Positions 28,242 through 37,658 of a stretch of DNA of 64,000 bases are shown piece by piece. Each line of letters opens with the position of its first letter. The first letter of the stretch is position 1. The stretch lies in the IMG/VR virus record IMGVR_UViG_3300032132_000754, positions 72,117 through 136,116 of that record; one strand, written 5' to 3'. The position numbers were made by a program, and so were the translations under genes. The stretch comes from a virus. The notes under the pieces are model-generated. The model saw only the letters and a list, made by a program, of their open reading frames with translations. It had not been told where the DNA came from and did no database searches.

Positions 28242-28867
28242 TGCCATCTGCCCCATTATACCGTAGAGGAGACACGGTTTATCTCCTAGAATCAGCTATC
28301 GTCGGAAAGTTAGATGCTTTCAAGATTACTTCGATTAAACAAGTCGTTGATGGTAGGTGGGTATACGAAATCAGCATTGGTAAGAAACCGCCTTCTCAGG
28401 GCCTAATTGGCGATACCTACGACGCAAGAATTTCGGAGTTGGCCATCGCATATTTAGAATCAGAATTGGTCGGAGTGTGCGAAGCTTTAAACATTATCGT
28501 TGTTAGATTGCAACGACAAGTTACTAATATTGAGAGTAAAATAGCTGGTTGTTGTCCAGACGATGATCCCCCTACTGCCCCAGGAGCATCCAGATGGGGC
28601 ATCGGTAGCTTAGTATACTTCGACGCATCGGCCAGGCTAGGTTTCTTCCAATGCGCCAGAGTCACTCAGATTCGGGAAATTGGGGTGCAGCCTGGATCTA
28701 GACAAACTAGATATGTGTATTCTACAGATCTTCGCAATGCGTGGGATAATCTTGTTTTCCGCGAGGATGAGTTGATTTCATTTTGTGAGTCTGCTACTAA
28801 AGTTCTTTCTAGTGTACAAAGAGACTTAACCAACGCGCAAGCGAAACAGGGCGACCTTTGTTCTTAG
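28241..28867 (+). CDS. hypothetical protein made of two tandem SH3/KOW-like + helix modules
   Basis: GDTVYLLESA..G...ESEL...CE vs GSLVYFDASA..G...EDEL...CE. Confidence 0.65.
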   Translation: MPSAPLYRRGDTVYLLESAIVGKLDAFKITSIKQVVDGRWVYEISIGKKPPSQGLIGDTYDARISELAIAYLESELVGVCEALNIIVVRLQRQVTNIESKIAGCCPDDDPPTAPGASRWGIGSLVYFDASARLGFFQCARVTQIREIGVQPGSRQTRYVYSTDLRNAWDNLVFREDELISFCESATKVLSSVQRDLTNAQAKQGDLCS

Positions 28868-28879
28868 TATTTTACCTTT

Positions 28880-30220
28880 ATGGTACAAGTTGCTGAAGTA
28901 GAACAAGTTGGGGAAACCACACCTTTTGGACCCAACACAGAAAAATCGATCATTGCGTTAGCGTTTGATAATCCAGAGTTTTTCTCTATCGTCGGGCGTT
29001 ATTTAACGCACAAATACTTTCGTCTTAGCGAAACCCAGTATGTCTATGCTATTATTGAAAAGTTGTTCGAAGATACAGAACACATTCCAACTAGAGATAT
29101 AGTAAGAGATGAAGCTCTTAAAAATCTAACCGTGGACGACGATTACGAACCAATTCTTGAAGTCATTGAGCGCGAAGCAGATCGTCGAGAGATTCCATTC
29201 ATTAAAAAAGAACTGCAGAGGTGGGCTCAAGAAGCCGCTTACGGACAACTTTATAGTGAAGAAGGAATCACCGCTTATGAACGAAACGACTATGAAGAAA
29301 TTGAAAGATTGTTTGAAGAAGCTAGGAAAATTACAGACGTAACAACAAACGGTTTAACATTTTTCGAAGACGTAGGGTTAATCTTTGAAAGAGATAGTCG
29401 AAGCACTCTGACTAGCGGATTTCCCAAGCTAGACCAATGCATTGAAGGTGGCGGGCCAGCTAAAGGGGAATGCTTCTGTTGGATGGCCCCTACAGGCGTT
29501 GGGAAGTCTATCCTCCTGCCTCACTCGGGCATCGCGTGTCTCAAAAGAGGTGCTAACGTCCTCCACGTCACTTTAGAGCTTTCGAAGGTCAAGACAGCCT
29601 TGCGCTACGCTGGAGCAATATCTAACGTAGAAATTCACAAAAGATTTGAACCTCAATACCGGCAGAAGATGGTAACGGCGCTAGACAAGGCTAGAAACAC
29701 TTATAGCGGCGACCTCAAAATCTTCGAATTTCCACCAGATGAAATTTCAGTCAACGAAATTTATCACTTAATCACACAATTGAGAAAACAGAAAAATTGG
29801 CATCCGGACGTTTTGGTAGTTGATTATCTAGAACTCATGATTTCTAGACGAAAAACGGACAACGATAAAGACTATACTAGGCAAAAGCAAGTTGCTACCC
29901 AATTACGTGGTGTTGCTAAAAATGAGGATATGTTGGTTTTTACTGCAACCCAAACCAACAGAGACGATCCAAAAAGCAAAAACCCAGGCCAAGTTTTAGG
30001 CGTTAATAAAGTTGCTGAATCTTATGGCAAGATGATGCCTATGGACTACGTAGTTAGTGCGAACCAAGACGCGGACGAGTATCAGGGAACAACACCGCAG
30101 TTGAGATTGTTCGTTGCTAAAAACCGTAATGGCAAGAAAAACGAAGTAGTTCGAATTAAGGTTAATTATCAGACCATGAGAATGGAAGAAATTAAAGTTA
30201 ATCGGCTGACCAAGAAATAA
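28880..30220 (+). CDS. dnaB: replicative DNA helicase (DnaB/T4 gp41-like, SF4)
   Basis: APTGVGKS, HVTLEL, VVDYLELM, TATQTNR, AESYGK, KNRNG. Confidence 0.9.
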   Translation: MVQVAEVEQVGETTPFGPNTEKSIIALAFDNPEFFSIVGRYLTHKYFRLSETQYVYAIIEKLFEDTEHIPTRDIVRDEALKNLTVDDDYEPILEVIEREADRREIPFIKKELQRWAQEAAYGQLYSEEGITAYERNDYEEIERLFEEARKITDVTTNGLTFFEDVGLIFERDSRSTLTSGFPKLDQCIEGGGPAKGECFCWMAPTGVGKSILLPHSGIACLKRGANVLHVTLELSKVKTALRYAGAISNVEIHKRFEPQYRQKMVTALDKARNTYSGDLKIFEFPPDEISVNEIYHLITQLRKQKNWHPDVLVVDYLELMISRRKTDNDKDYTRQKQVATQLRGVAKNEDMLVFTATQTNRDDPKSKNPGQVLGVNKVAESYGKMMPMDYVVSANQDADEYQGTTPQLRLFVAKNRNGKKNEVVRIKVNYQTMRMEEIKVNRLTKK

Positions 30221-30231
30221 GGAGAAATACT

Positions 30232-30678
30232 ATGCGATATTATTATAAATGTGACAAAACGGAGTGCTGCAAAATTTCTGGTTTGCCAGAGGAATTTTTC
30301 GAGACTGAAACATTCGAAAAAGCCGAAGTTGTGCCTATCCACCGCTTGACAAAAATGACAGAAGATGGTCTAATTGATAGTGACAACACTCCACTCGTGT
30401 GGGTTGTTGAGCACGCCATGGGCGACGATCCAGAGATCAAGTGCCCTATTTGCGAAGGTGAAGCTACTACAATCATTAACAAAGCCCCCAATTGGTATTG
30501 GAAAGGGGATTGTTACACCAATAAATCCGATTGTAATAGGCAAATGAACCTCCACAAATTAAGAACCAATGATCCGTATGGATACATGAGGCAACCGGGA
30601 GAAGTCGATGAGATGTCACACAACATCAAAAAGGGAAAAAAGGACAAGCCGAAACACTTCTATCGCAAACCAAAATAA
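30232..30678 (+). CDS. FmdB-like zinc-ribbon protein
   Basis: YYYKCDK..C...H.M...CPICEG...W..KG; AAGGAG SD. Confidence 0.65.
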   Translation: MRYYYKCDKTECCKISGLPEEFFETETFEKAEVVPIHRLTKMTEDGLIDSDNTPLVWVVEHAMGDDPEIKCPICEGEATTIINKAPNWYWKGDCYTNKSDCNRQMNLHKLRTNDPYGYMRQPGEVDEMSHNIKKGKKDKPKHFYRKPK

Positions 30679-31824
30679 GTGACGTACCTTTATTGTTATT
30701 TTGATTACCGAAGGGGGAAGTACTATCCTCAGTATGCTTGTTCTTACAACGATAAGAACAAGAAAGTGGAATTTTACCCACTTTATTACAGAGGTCACAA
30801 ACTTGCTCTGGAGGAAGCATATAAAAACGAACAGAAAATTAAAGCTCTGTTCGATGGCCCTCTTGTGTTGTCAGGATTCAAATCGTTTGTTAAAAGCTTC
30901 AAATTAGATCCGCTCAAAGAATATCAAGTCTACGATATTCCAACGGTTCTTGAGCCAACCCCTGACTTGTCAGACATCAAAAAGAGCCTAATTAAGAAAA
31001 TCTCCTTACTTAAAAAAGAGCCGGAATTATGGCAATCAACGTTAGCTAATGCTCAATTGGTTTACAACACATTAGAAGATAGAGGCTATTATTTAGGGGA
31101 TAGTAAGAAATATCCGATTTATGATTTTGTTTATACTGGGCGATCGAAATGCATCAAAAACAACATTCAAGGTTCTAGAGACATAGACGAAGTCTATCAT
31201 ATCAACCCAGATTTTGACGTGTTTATTCATTTCGACTGGGTTGCCGCCGATTTCAGGGCTGCAAGCTTAATCAGTGGCGACGAAAGCCTTGAAGAATCAT
31301 TCCTCACGTCCGATCCATACACCAGATTGTGCAAAGAATTGGACGATCCTGGAATTACAAGAGATCAATGTAAATTAGAGCTATTTAGAAGCTTTTACTC
31401 CATGAACGCGGATGCTGCCCCGTTGGAGTTTTATCCACAATTCGCAGAGTGGATGAGAGAAAGCTCTGCTAAGATTGAAAAGCAAGGATTTAGTGAGTCA
31501 TTATTAGGACGCAAGTTCGCCATTGGTGGAGAACGGACTGTTTTAAGCGCTTTTAACGCTCAAGTTCAGGGAACGGTAGCACATGCTATGCAGAACGCCA
31601 TCTGGCAAGTACATCAAAGGTATCCGGAAAACATCCTAACCGAAGTTCACGATGCGTTAATCTTGTGCTCGAAGCCAAAAGATGTTAAAGAAATAATTAA
31701 ACGAGTTGGCCAAATAATGCTGCACCCACTCGATGGTATTTCAGAGGAAAACGCTAGGTGGGCAGTAAAGGTCAGCCTAGGATCCAAGTGGAAGAAATGG
31801 AAGTTCTTTAAGGAATTTAGATGA
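30679..31824 (+). CDS. compact family A DNA polymerase-like protein
   Basis: TGR, motif A FDWVAADFR, motif B RDQCK...F...Y, LLGRK, FNAQVQGT.A, motif C EVHDALI. Confidence 0.8.
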   Translation: MTYLYCYFDYRRGKYYPQYACSYNDKNKKVEFYPLYYRGHKLALEEAYKNEQKIKALFDGPLVLSGFKSFVKSFKLDPLKEYQVYDIPTVLEPTPDLSDIKKSLIKKISLLKKEPELWQSTLANAQLVYNTLEDRGYYLGDSKKYPIYDFVYTGRSKCIKNNIQGSRDIDEVYHINPDFDVFIHFDWVAADFRAASLISGDESLEESFLTSDPYTRLCKELDDPGITRDQCKLELFRSFYSMNADAAPLEFYPQFAEWMRESSAKIEKQGFSESLLGRKFAIGGERTVLSAFNAQVQGTVAHAMQNAIWQVHQRYPENILTEVHDALILCSKPKDVKEIIKRVGQIMLHPLDGISEENARWAVKVSLGSKWKKWKFFKEFR

Positions 31825-32312
31825 GTAAAAAACGCCCGAAGAACATCATTAAAGACCTAGACGAAGACATTCGTAACACTTTATTCAAACTACGAGTGAA
31901 GCTTCCAGGCGGGAAATTGTTAGAGCATGATTTCTCTGGAGACTTCCGCCCAGATTATGAAACGTTAGAAGAACAGTTAGAAGAGACTCCGCAAATGTTG
32001 GCGTTTTTTGGCGCTGTTTTAAGTGAACAGAAGCATGCTTGTAATGTTTTAGAACTAAAAATCGCCCGCCGTAGAGCCGTCGTTTCTCAAAATTCTCGTG
32101 AAGAAGCGCAGAAAAACGATATGAAAATTGCCAAATACGTTTTGGATGAAATCGCTGACGGCGACAATGAGTTATTGAGGCTCCAAACCGAATTGTTGAT
32201 GCATCAACGGACTTTAGGTAAATTGTACCATTTCGTCGATTCGATTCGGTCTAAAGCCGATAACTTACGCTCCCTAGCAGGATTTAAGCGCCAAGAGATG
32301 CGCGATTCTTAA
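31821..32312 (+). CDS. putative UvsY-like recombination mediator (coiled coil)
   Basis: Helical 163-aa protein ending ...IRSKADNLRSLAGFKRQE, located in the replication/recombination cluster. Confidence 0.5.
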   Translation: MSKKRPKNIIKDLDEDIRNTLFKLRVKLPGGKLLEHDFSGDFRPDYETLEEQLEETPQMLAFFGAVLSEQKHACNVLELKIARRRAVVSQNSREEAQKNDMKIAKYVLDEIADGDNELLRLQTELLMHQRTLGKLYHFVDSIRSKADNLRSLAGFKRQEMRDS

Positions 32313-32632
32313 GCTAGAGAGGCTAAGGCAATGATGATGCCAAAGATCGTCTGGATAACAATAAATACTGTGGTGGCTTTCGCTCGAAAAGCTTTGTTAG
32401 CCTCGACTTGATCCTTCATCTCTTTTAGTTGACTTGGTGAGCAAACCTCTGAGATTTCTTTATGCCAAGATTTGAGATCTTCAACAGTGGATTGATCTGC
32501 TTTTAATTTAACGATTTCTTTGTGTACTTCAGAAATTTCGTCCCGCAAGCCTTCATAATTTCCATTTAGGCGAACGAGTTCTGTAAGAATGTGTTTGGAC
32601 CATTCATTCCAATTGTCGGCTGGTGCTGGCAT
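32309..32632 (-). CDS. coiled-coil protein with C-terminal TM helix (holin/XhlA-like)
   Basis: WNEWSKHILTELVRL, a coiled coil, and C-terminal VFIVIQTIFGIIIALASLA. Confidence 0.6.
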   Translation of the reverse strand: MPAPADNWNEWSKHILTELVRLNGNYEGLRDEISEVHKEIVKLKADQSTVEDLKSWHKEISEVCSPSQLKEMKDQVEANKAFRAKATTVFIVIQTIFGIIIALASLA

Positions 32633-33115
32633 TTATGCTTCCTCGTCGGTTATATCGATACAGACACCCGTCATACAAACGTTAGATCCGCATTCTTCTA
32701 GTTGTTCGGATGCTTTTTCGACCACTTGGCCCAAAGCTTTAATATGTTTTATTTGTCCTGTTGTTGGGCAGACTACCCTATACTTGCAATTAAAATAAGA
32801 TTGATCGTCAACACACTTTTCAATATATGACTTTACTCGTTCTCTATCATCCTCATGGATACACTCGATAAAAAGATCATATGTCCCGGTCCATTTGTTT
32901 GGATCTATACCATCATTTAACATGTCTGGTCTAAGCATTTCAAACATCCGTTTATCCCACAACAATGAATTACTCGTTAAACACCAATGCCACATACCGG
33001 CTTTTGCTGCTCCTAACGCCAATTTTAAACGGGTGGCGCTCTCTTTTAGTTCATTGTCTCTTTGTTGTAGTTTGTCAGTTAGAATTTGCAGCTGCGCTAA
33101 ACTTTTGGAGACCAT
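32633..33115 (-). CDS. stand-alone PAS (PAS_3/PAC) domain protein
   Basis: RLKLALGAAKAGMWHW...WDKRMFEM...IHEDDRERV...YRV...GQIKHI.A.G...MTGVCIDIT. Start MVSKS at 33115. Confidence 0.85.
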   Translation of the reverse strand: MVSKSLAQLQILTDKLQQRDNELKESATRLKLALGAAKAGMWHWCLTSNSLLWDKRMFEMLRPDMLNDGIDPNKWTGTYDLFIECIHEDDRERVKSYIEKCVDDQSYFNCKYRVVCPTTGQIKHIKALGQVVEKASEQLEECGSNVCMTGVCIDITDEEA

Positions 33116-33221
33116 CGATAAATCCCTTGGATACGGAGTTTTATAATGATATTTTTGAAAAAACACAGAAATGTATTTAATATAATAGCTACTAGAGCTA
33201 ACAAAGAAAGCAAAGTGAAAC

Positions 33222-34208
33222 ATGGCAACTAGCAAAGAAAAATTGGAACGACTCAAACGAGTCAGAGAAAAGATGCTCAGCAAGAAGGGCGGATTCCGTC
33301 GCGACCCAGACGAGTGGAAGCCACCGCAGGTAGCTGCAGGCGTACAATGGAAAGCCAAAGGCTATATCCTACCTCCTCTCAACAAAGGCGAAAAAGGAGC
33401 CGCAGGTGTGGCCGTCAAAGGGATGGATGATTTATTCTTCCTCCAAGTTGGCGATCACTGGGTAAACCGCAAGCGTTATCCCTGCCCACGAATCTACGAT
33501 GGTGATAGCTGTGTCTATTGCCAACTAGGATTCAATCTTCTTGGTGAAACTGACGAAAAGAAAGCCCGTCGAGAAATTAGTTCACAATACTTGCCGCGTA
33601 CGCAGTATGTTGTGAACCTATACTTCCCGAACATTTCAACTAACCCAGAAGAACTTCGTGGTAGAGTTGTTTTCTACGCGATGCCGAAGACCATCTTCGA
33701 TAAGCTTGACCAATGTCTAGCCCTCGACGACGGCGGTGACGATCCTGATAACCCACGTGCATGGGGTTTGTTCTACGATGAATCAGAAGCTTATCCTCTC
33801 ATCTTTGATATCACCAAAAAGGGTGATTACAACACTTATGATGAGTGCAAGCTATCCTTCCGAAGTGGACCAATCGCTCCATCAGACGATGAGATTGAAG
33901 CTATCCTAGTGAAGCGACATGATCTTCCGACCAAGTATCCTGATCGTACCCCAGAGAACCTCAAGACTCTTCAAGGTTTTGTTAACACTCTGTTGGATGG
34001 TGTCTCTGATGACGGCGATGGTTTTGATGCTGACGAATCTACTCCAGAGCCTACTCCGGAGCCGACCCCAGCCAAGAAGCCTGCCGCCAAAAAGAAAGCG
34101 CCAGCGAAGAAAAAAGCAGCAGAGCCTGCAGTGGAAGAGTCTGCTTCCACCGTTGAAGTCGACGATCCAGAGCTAGCAGCCCTGCTCGAAGACATTAAAA
34201 ACGACTAA
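33222..34208 (+). CDS. single-stranded DNA-binding protein, T4 gp32-like
   Basis: WKP...ILPP...HW...CP...C.YC...YVVN...YN.Y..., with an acidic tail ending DDPELAALLEDIKND. Confidence 0.75.
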   Translation: MATSKEKLERLKRVREKMLSKKGGFRRDPDEWKPPQVAAGVQWKAKGYILPPLNKGEKGAAGVAVKGMDDLFFLQVGDHWVNRKRYPCPRIYDGDSCVYCQLGFNLLGETDEKKARREISSQYLPRTQYVVNLYFPNISTNPEELRGRVVFYAMPKTIFDKLDQCLALDDGGDDPDNPRAWGLFYDESEAYPLIFDITKKGDYNTYDECKLSFRSGPIAPSDDEIEAILVKRHDLPTKYPDRTPENLKTLQGFVNTLLDGVSDDGDGFDADESTPEPTPEPTPAKKPAAKKKAPAKKKAAEPAVEESASTVEVDDPELAALLEDIKND

Positions 34209-34231
34209 ATTCAAATCGTCGTCTCCTCTTA

Positions 34232-34261
34232 CAGCAGGCCCGGATTCTTCCGGGCCTGCTG
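34232..34261 (+). terminator. 13-bp GC-rich hairpin after SSB (terminator or 3' stabiliser)
   Basis: CAGCAGGCCCGGA-TTCT-TCCGGGCCTGCTG; no U-tract. Confidence 0.55.
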
Positions 34262-34273
34262 AATATCGGACCA

Positions 34274-35182
34274 ATGAAAACAACTCACTTACTAGTTGAT
34301 GCGAAAAACATGCTTTATCGGGCGATTTATACTGCCCGAGGAGATGATTGGTTTAAAAAATCAGAGCATCACCCCATTACTATTGTAATACATATCCTAA
34401 CCCATTATTATGAAAAATTCGAAGCAGAGCAAGTCCATATGTTCTGGGACAGCCCAAGAACAGCTACATGGCGAAGAAAATTAAGCCCAACATACAAAGA
34501 CAATAGAAGTGGTCACGATGAAAAGATCGTGAACGGTCTGGCAAATCTGACCGAAGTTTGCACCATGTTGTTTAGCAAAATGGGAATTAGGCAATATTAT
34601 CGCCCCATGATGGAAGCTGACGATTTGATTTATGCTTTTTGTAAGATCAATAGGATAGATCCGATCATAATTTGCTCAAGCGATAGTGACCTAAAACAAA
34701 TTTCTTATAATTTCGATAACGTAAACATTCATCATCCGACATCGAGGAAGAAACTGGATGTCGAGCCAATACCAAGTGTTGACCCAGTCACGACTAAATG
34801 TTTAATGGGTGACAAGTCTGACAACATTGTTGGATACCATCGCGTCGGTAAAGTGACCGCAAAAAAATTGACAGATAGTGTCGATATTTTAAACGAATTT
34901 TTCCAAAGTGACAAAGCAGTTGTCATGGAGGGTGGCGTGCCAGCAATAGTTGGCATTAAACGGTTTTTGGAAAACCTAAGGCTAATTGACTTGTCACTTT
35001 GTCCAGAACTTTTGGAAAACATCGAATATGTCTTACAAAAACAATTCAAGCCAGTAAAGTACGATTTGAAAGCTATCGGAAACTTAATCAGCAAATATAA
35101 ACTTAGGGGAGTTACTGCGGACATCCCACGGTACATAACTCCGTTCAAAAAGTTGGTTAGGGAGCAATCATGCCAGTCGTAA
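34274..35182 (+). CDS. 5'-3' exonuclease/flap endonuclease (T4 RNase H-like)
   Basis: LLVDAKNMLYR, WR...PTYKDNR, EADDLI, SSDSDLKQ, LMGDKSDNI.G..RVGKVTA. Confidence 0.92.
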   Translation: MKTTHLLVDAKNMLYRAIYTARGDDWFKKSEHHPITIVIHILTHYYEKFEAEQVHMFWDSPRTATWRRKLSPTYKDNRSGHDEKIVNGLANLTEVCTMLFSKMGIRQYYRPMMEADDLIYAFCKINRIDPIIICSSDSDLKQISYNFDNVNIHHPTSRKKLDVEPIPSVDPVTTKCLMGDKSDNIVGYHRVGKVTAKKLTDSVDILNEFFQSDKAVVMEGGVPAIVGIKRFLENLRLIDLSLCPELLENIEYVLQKQFKPVKYDLKAIGNLISKYKLRGVTADIPRYITPFKKLVREQSCQS

Positions 35183-35445
35183 CACGTTTAGCAGTTATTG
35201 GGTTAGTTCACGTTACACCCGTAGGAACCGTCCTAGACGACAATGCTACTCTAGAGGAACGGGCATCATCATCCTCTGAATTCCGAGTTTTAGACAATGT
35301 TGATGGATCAGCTGAAGGTGGGAGCCCAGCCCCTAATAGCGCTGGACATCCGAAATTAGCCGCTTATCTAGAACTTGAAGCCGGAGACGGTTTTGCAGTT
35401 GCAGTTCTAGATCAGACATATATTATTACACATATGATTACGTAA
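35170..35445 (+). CDS. hypothetical protein
   Basis: 91 aa, GGAG SD. Confidence 0.6.
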   Translation: MPVVTRLAVIGLVHVTPVGTVLDDNATLEERASSSSEFRVLDNVDGSAEGGSPAPNSAGHPKLAAYLELEAGDGFAVAVLDQTYIITHMIT

Positions 35446-35473
35446 TTTTCTCTGTAAATAGAGAGGGTTACTT

Positions 35474-36049
35474 ATGGCTAAAACTGACTTTTCTAAAGTA
35501 GGAAAACGCTCTAAAAGACGCGGCAATACCTACGAACGTCGATGTTCCAAACTTCTTACCGAATTTACAGGAGTCGGATTCCGGCGAGTTCCGGCTTCTG
35601 GAGCTTTTAATAAACAGAGCAACACACTAATTCGCGAAGAATTGTTTTACGGCGATTGTATTTGTGATCGCCAAGATTTCATGTTCTGCATTGAAGCCAA
35701 AAACCAAAAAGCTTTTAATTTCCAAGCCATTTTGAAAAATCCAAATACGGCGGATTTTAGCTCTTGGTGGTGGCAATGCATTAGGGATGCAAAATCTGCT
35801 AAAAAGCTTCCGATGATGTTCTTTAAACCAGATAATCAAGCTGATTTCATTGCTTTAGAAGAAAGTTGGATTGATCTTGGTTGGTACACTGGGCCATCAT
35901 TTAAAATAGATTGTTATCGCAAACCCGTGACGATTAAATTGAAAAAAGAAGACCCGGTTACAATCGTGCTACCAACTCCATATGTCATTAATTGGAAAGA
36001 TTTTGTTCAAAACATAAAGCCAGGGATTTTATTTAGTAAGGATCTTTAA
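35474..36049 (+). CDS. PD-(D/E)xK Holliday-junction resolvase-like nuclease
   Basis: SKRRGNTYER...FRRVPASGA...GDCI...IEAKN...WWWQC.RDA...PMMFFK. Confidence 0.8.
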   Translation: MAKTDFSKVGKRSKRRGNTYERRCSKLLTEFTGVGFRRVPASGAFNKQSNTLIREELFYGDCICDRQDFMFCIEAKNQKAFNFQAILKNPNTADFSSWWWQCIRDAKSAKKLPMMFFKPDNQADFIALEESWIDLGWYTGPSFKIDCYRKPVTIKLKKEDPVTIVLPTPYVINWKDFVQNIKPGILFSKDL

Positions 36050-36228
36050 TGGCGTGCTGCGGACAAAAAACCAAACCAATGAGGACGAATGGCAAAATTT
36101 GCCCAAAATGTGGGTGGGTAATGCGACGTATACATAAATACGACGCGCAAAAGAAAAAAGTCAATAAATATTGGCAATGTTCTAATAAGACTATTGGCTG
36201 CAGATATACGGAGAATATCCATGATTGA
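36049..36228 (+). CDS. 59-aa C4 zinc-ribbon protein (not in ORF track)
   Basis: MACCGQKTKPMRTNGKICPKCGWVMRRIHKYDAQKKKVNKYWQCSNKTIGCRYTENIHD*; TAATG overlap upstream. Confidence 0.65.
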   Translation: MACCGQKTKPMRTNGKICPKCGWVMRRIHKYDAQKKKVNKYWQCSNKTIGCRYTENIHD

Positions 36229-36619
36229 ATTGCTAATTTTAGTATTATTTGTTGAAGCCGTAACTGAAATTTTAGTGTCAAGCGCTATTTTCCAAAAACC
36301 ACGTGAGTTTGTTTACACCAGAAATGGGTTTTTGGGCGAACTCGTAAACTGTGGTTATTGTACATCAGTTTGGGTTGCTGCGGCAGTAGCTTGGTTAGCT
36401 GTCTTACCAATTTGTCCATGGTTTGCAGTTAATTATGTTGTTACTACTTTTGTTATTCATAGATTGTCAAATTTGCTACATGAATTGAACAGCAAATGGT
36501 TAAGCCGCAGGCCGTTTTCCATGGCAGTACATAAAACGGAAACAGTAATTATCCCCGGAGATTACCATGGATCAACAGGACCAGTTCAAGGATCGCTTCA
36601 AGAAGAAGAAGAAGCTTAA
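36221..36619 (+). CDS. DUF1360-like membrane protein
   Basis: IFQKPRE...LGELVNCGYCTSVWVA with flanking TM segments. Confidence 0.75.
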   Translation: MIELLILVLFVEAVTEILVSSAIFQKPREFVYTRNGFLGELVNCGYCTSVWVAAAVAWLAVLPICPWFAVNYVVTTFVIHRLSNLLHELNSKWLSRRPFSMAVHKTETVIIPGDYHGSTGPVQGSLQEEEEA

Positions 36620-37193
36620 TATCGGAGCAGAAGAAGCTACGCGCCTTTTCCAAACTCCTAAAGATAAGGGGTCTTCTCCTTCTGATAGGAGTTTTTCGAA
36701 GTCTGAGCAACGCCCGAGTGGTATTGCACCACCAGAGCAAGTTCATATTAACAACTTGGCGGATTTGTACGAGCTTGTTAAAAAATTAAAGCCGTCTGAA
36801 AATTCTAGCAACGACGCCAAACCAATTATTTATAATACTAAGGGTACTAACTTCGCCAGCGAAAAATTTGCAGGTCATGTTACTATCCCACAATCTGGCG
36901 GAGATTCTACAGTAAGACAATCGATGATCGAAGGTTTTGAAATGATTCAAAATCATCATAGGTGTTATGAAGCTCAAAACATGGCTCATGATCGACCAGA
37001 TGATTTTGGCGGTTTTTTACCAGCTAAAGTTCCAAACCCTGATGAACAAATCACTTGGTTAGATGGGTTTATTAATCGACGTTTAGGCGGTAGTAGAAAT
37101 GGGTTATTTGTAGTTTGGGATTTGGTTGAAGGCCAGTACCAGATGAACCCGTGGACTTGTGAAATTAGCCCTGTGGCGGAGCCAGATGTTTAA
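36567..37193 (+). CDS. hypothetical protein
   Basis: 208 aa, GGAG SD. Confidence 0.6.
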   Translation: MDQQDQFKDRFKKKKKLNIGAEEATRLFQTPKDKGSSPSDRSFSKSEQRPSGIAPPEQVHINNLADLYELVKKLKPSENSSNDAKPIIYNTKGTNFASEKFAGHVTIPQSGGDSTVRQSMIEGFEMIQNHHRCYEAQNMAHDRPDDFGGFLPAKVPNPDEQITWLDGFINRRLGGSRNGLFVVWDLVEGQYQMNPWTCEISPVAEPDV

Positions 37194-37353
37194 TGCGGTA
37201 ATATATGGTGTTGCTTTAGCGTCATTGTGGTACTGGCTGTATTTAATTGTTAGAAAAGACTTTAGTTCTCAAACTCTCAAAAGGTGGGTTGCAGTTATCG
37301 TGCCACAAGGCGTTGTAGTTGCTATAGCTTTAGTCTTGCTTGGTATACTATGA
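37186..37353 (+). CDS. small two-TM membrane protein
   Basis: MFNAVIYGVALASLWYWLYLIV...VVVAIALVLLGIL. Confidence 0.55.
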   Translation: MFNAVIYGVALASLWYWLYLIVRKDFSSQTLKRWVAVIVPQGVVVAIALVLLGIL

Positions 37354-37658
37354 ATCAATCACAATCAGTAGATCTAGCACATTATCAACCATTGGTGAAA
37401 TGGAGTCCCCAAGTTGGGGATTGCGTTGTATGGCATGGTTGGTTTACACATTGGTTTGGTGTCGTATCAGCAGTTGTCCCAGAAGAAAACTGCGTTGAAA
37501 TTATTAAACGCGGGATGCCCGTGCTGTTACTAACTATGAGTCAGTCGGAATATAAAAAGAATACTACTAAAGTAGATATAGGCGATATAAAAGGAAGTAC
37601 GGGCGGTCGTTATGCAACAATCAGAGCACAAGGAAACTCCATCATCTGGTACGTCTAA
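37350..37658 (+). CDS. hypothetical SH3-like protein
   Basis: WSPQVGDCVVW...FGVV; ATGA overlap. Confidence 0.6.
   Translation: MNQSQSVDLAHYQPLVKWSPQVGDCVVWHGWFTHWFGVVSAVVPEENCVEIIKRGMPVLLLTMSQSEYKKNTTKVDIGDIKGSTGGRYATIRAQGNSIIWYV

Noticed and set aside
33116-33358. N-terminal extensions given by the ORF track (PAS from 33358, guaB from 14448, add from 62473, Gly-rich from 4111)
   Set aside because: They overlap other genes, tRNAs or promoter motifs. Downstream ATGs fit SD/promoter position and domain boundaries better.
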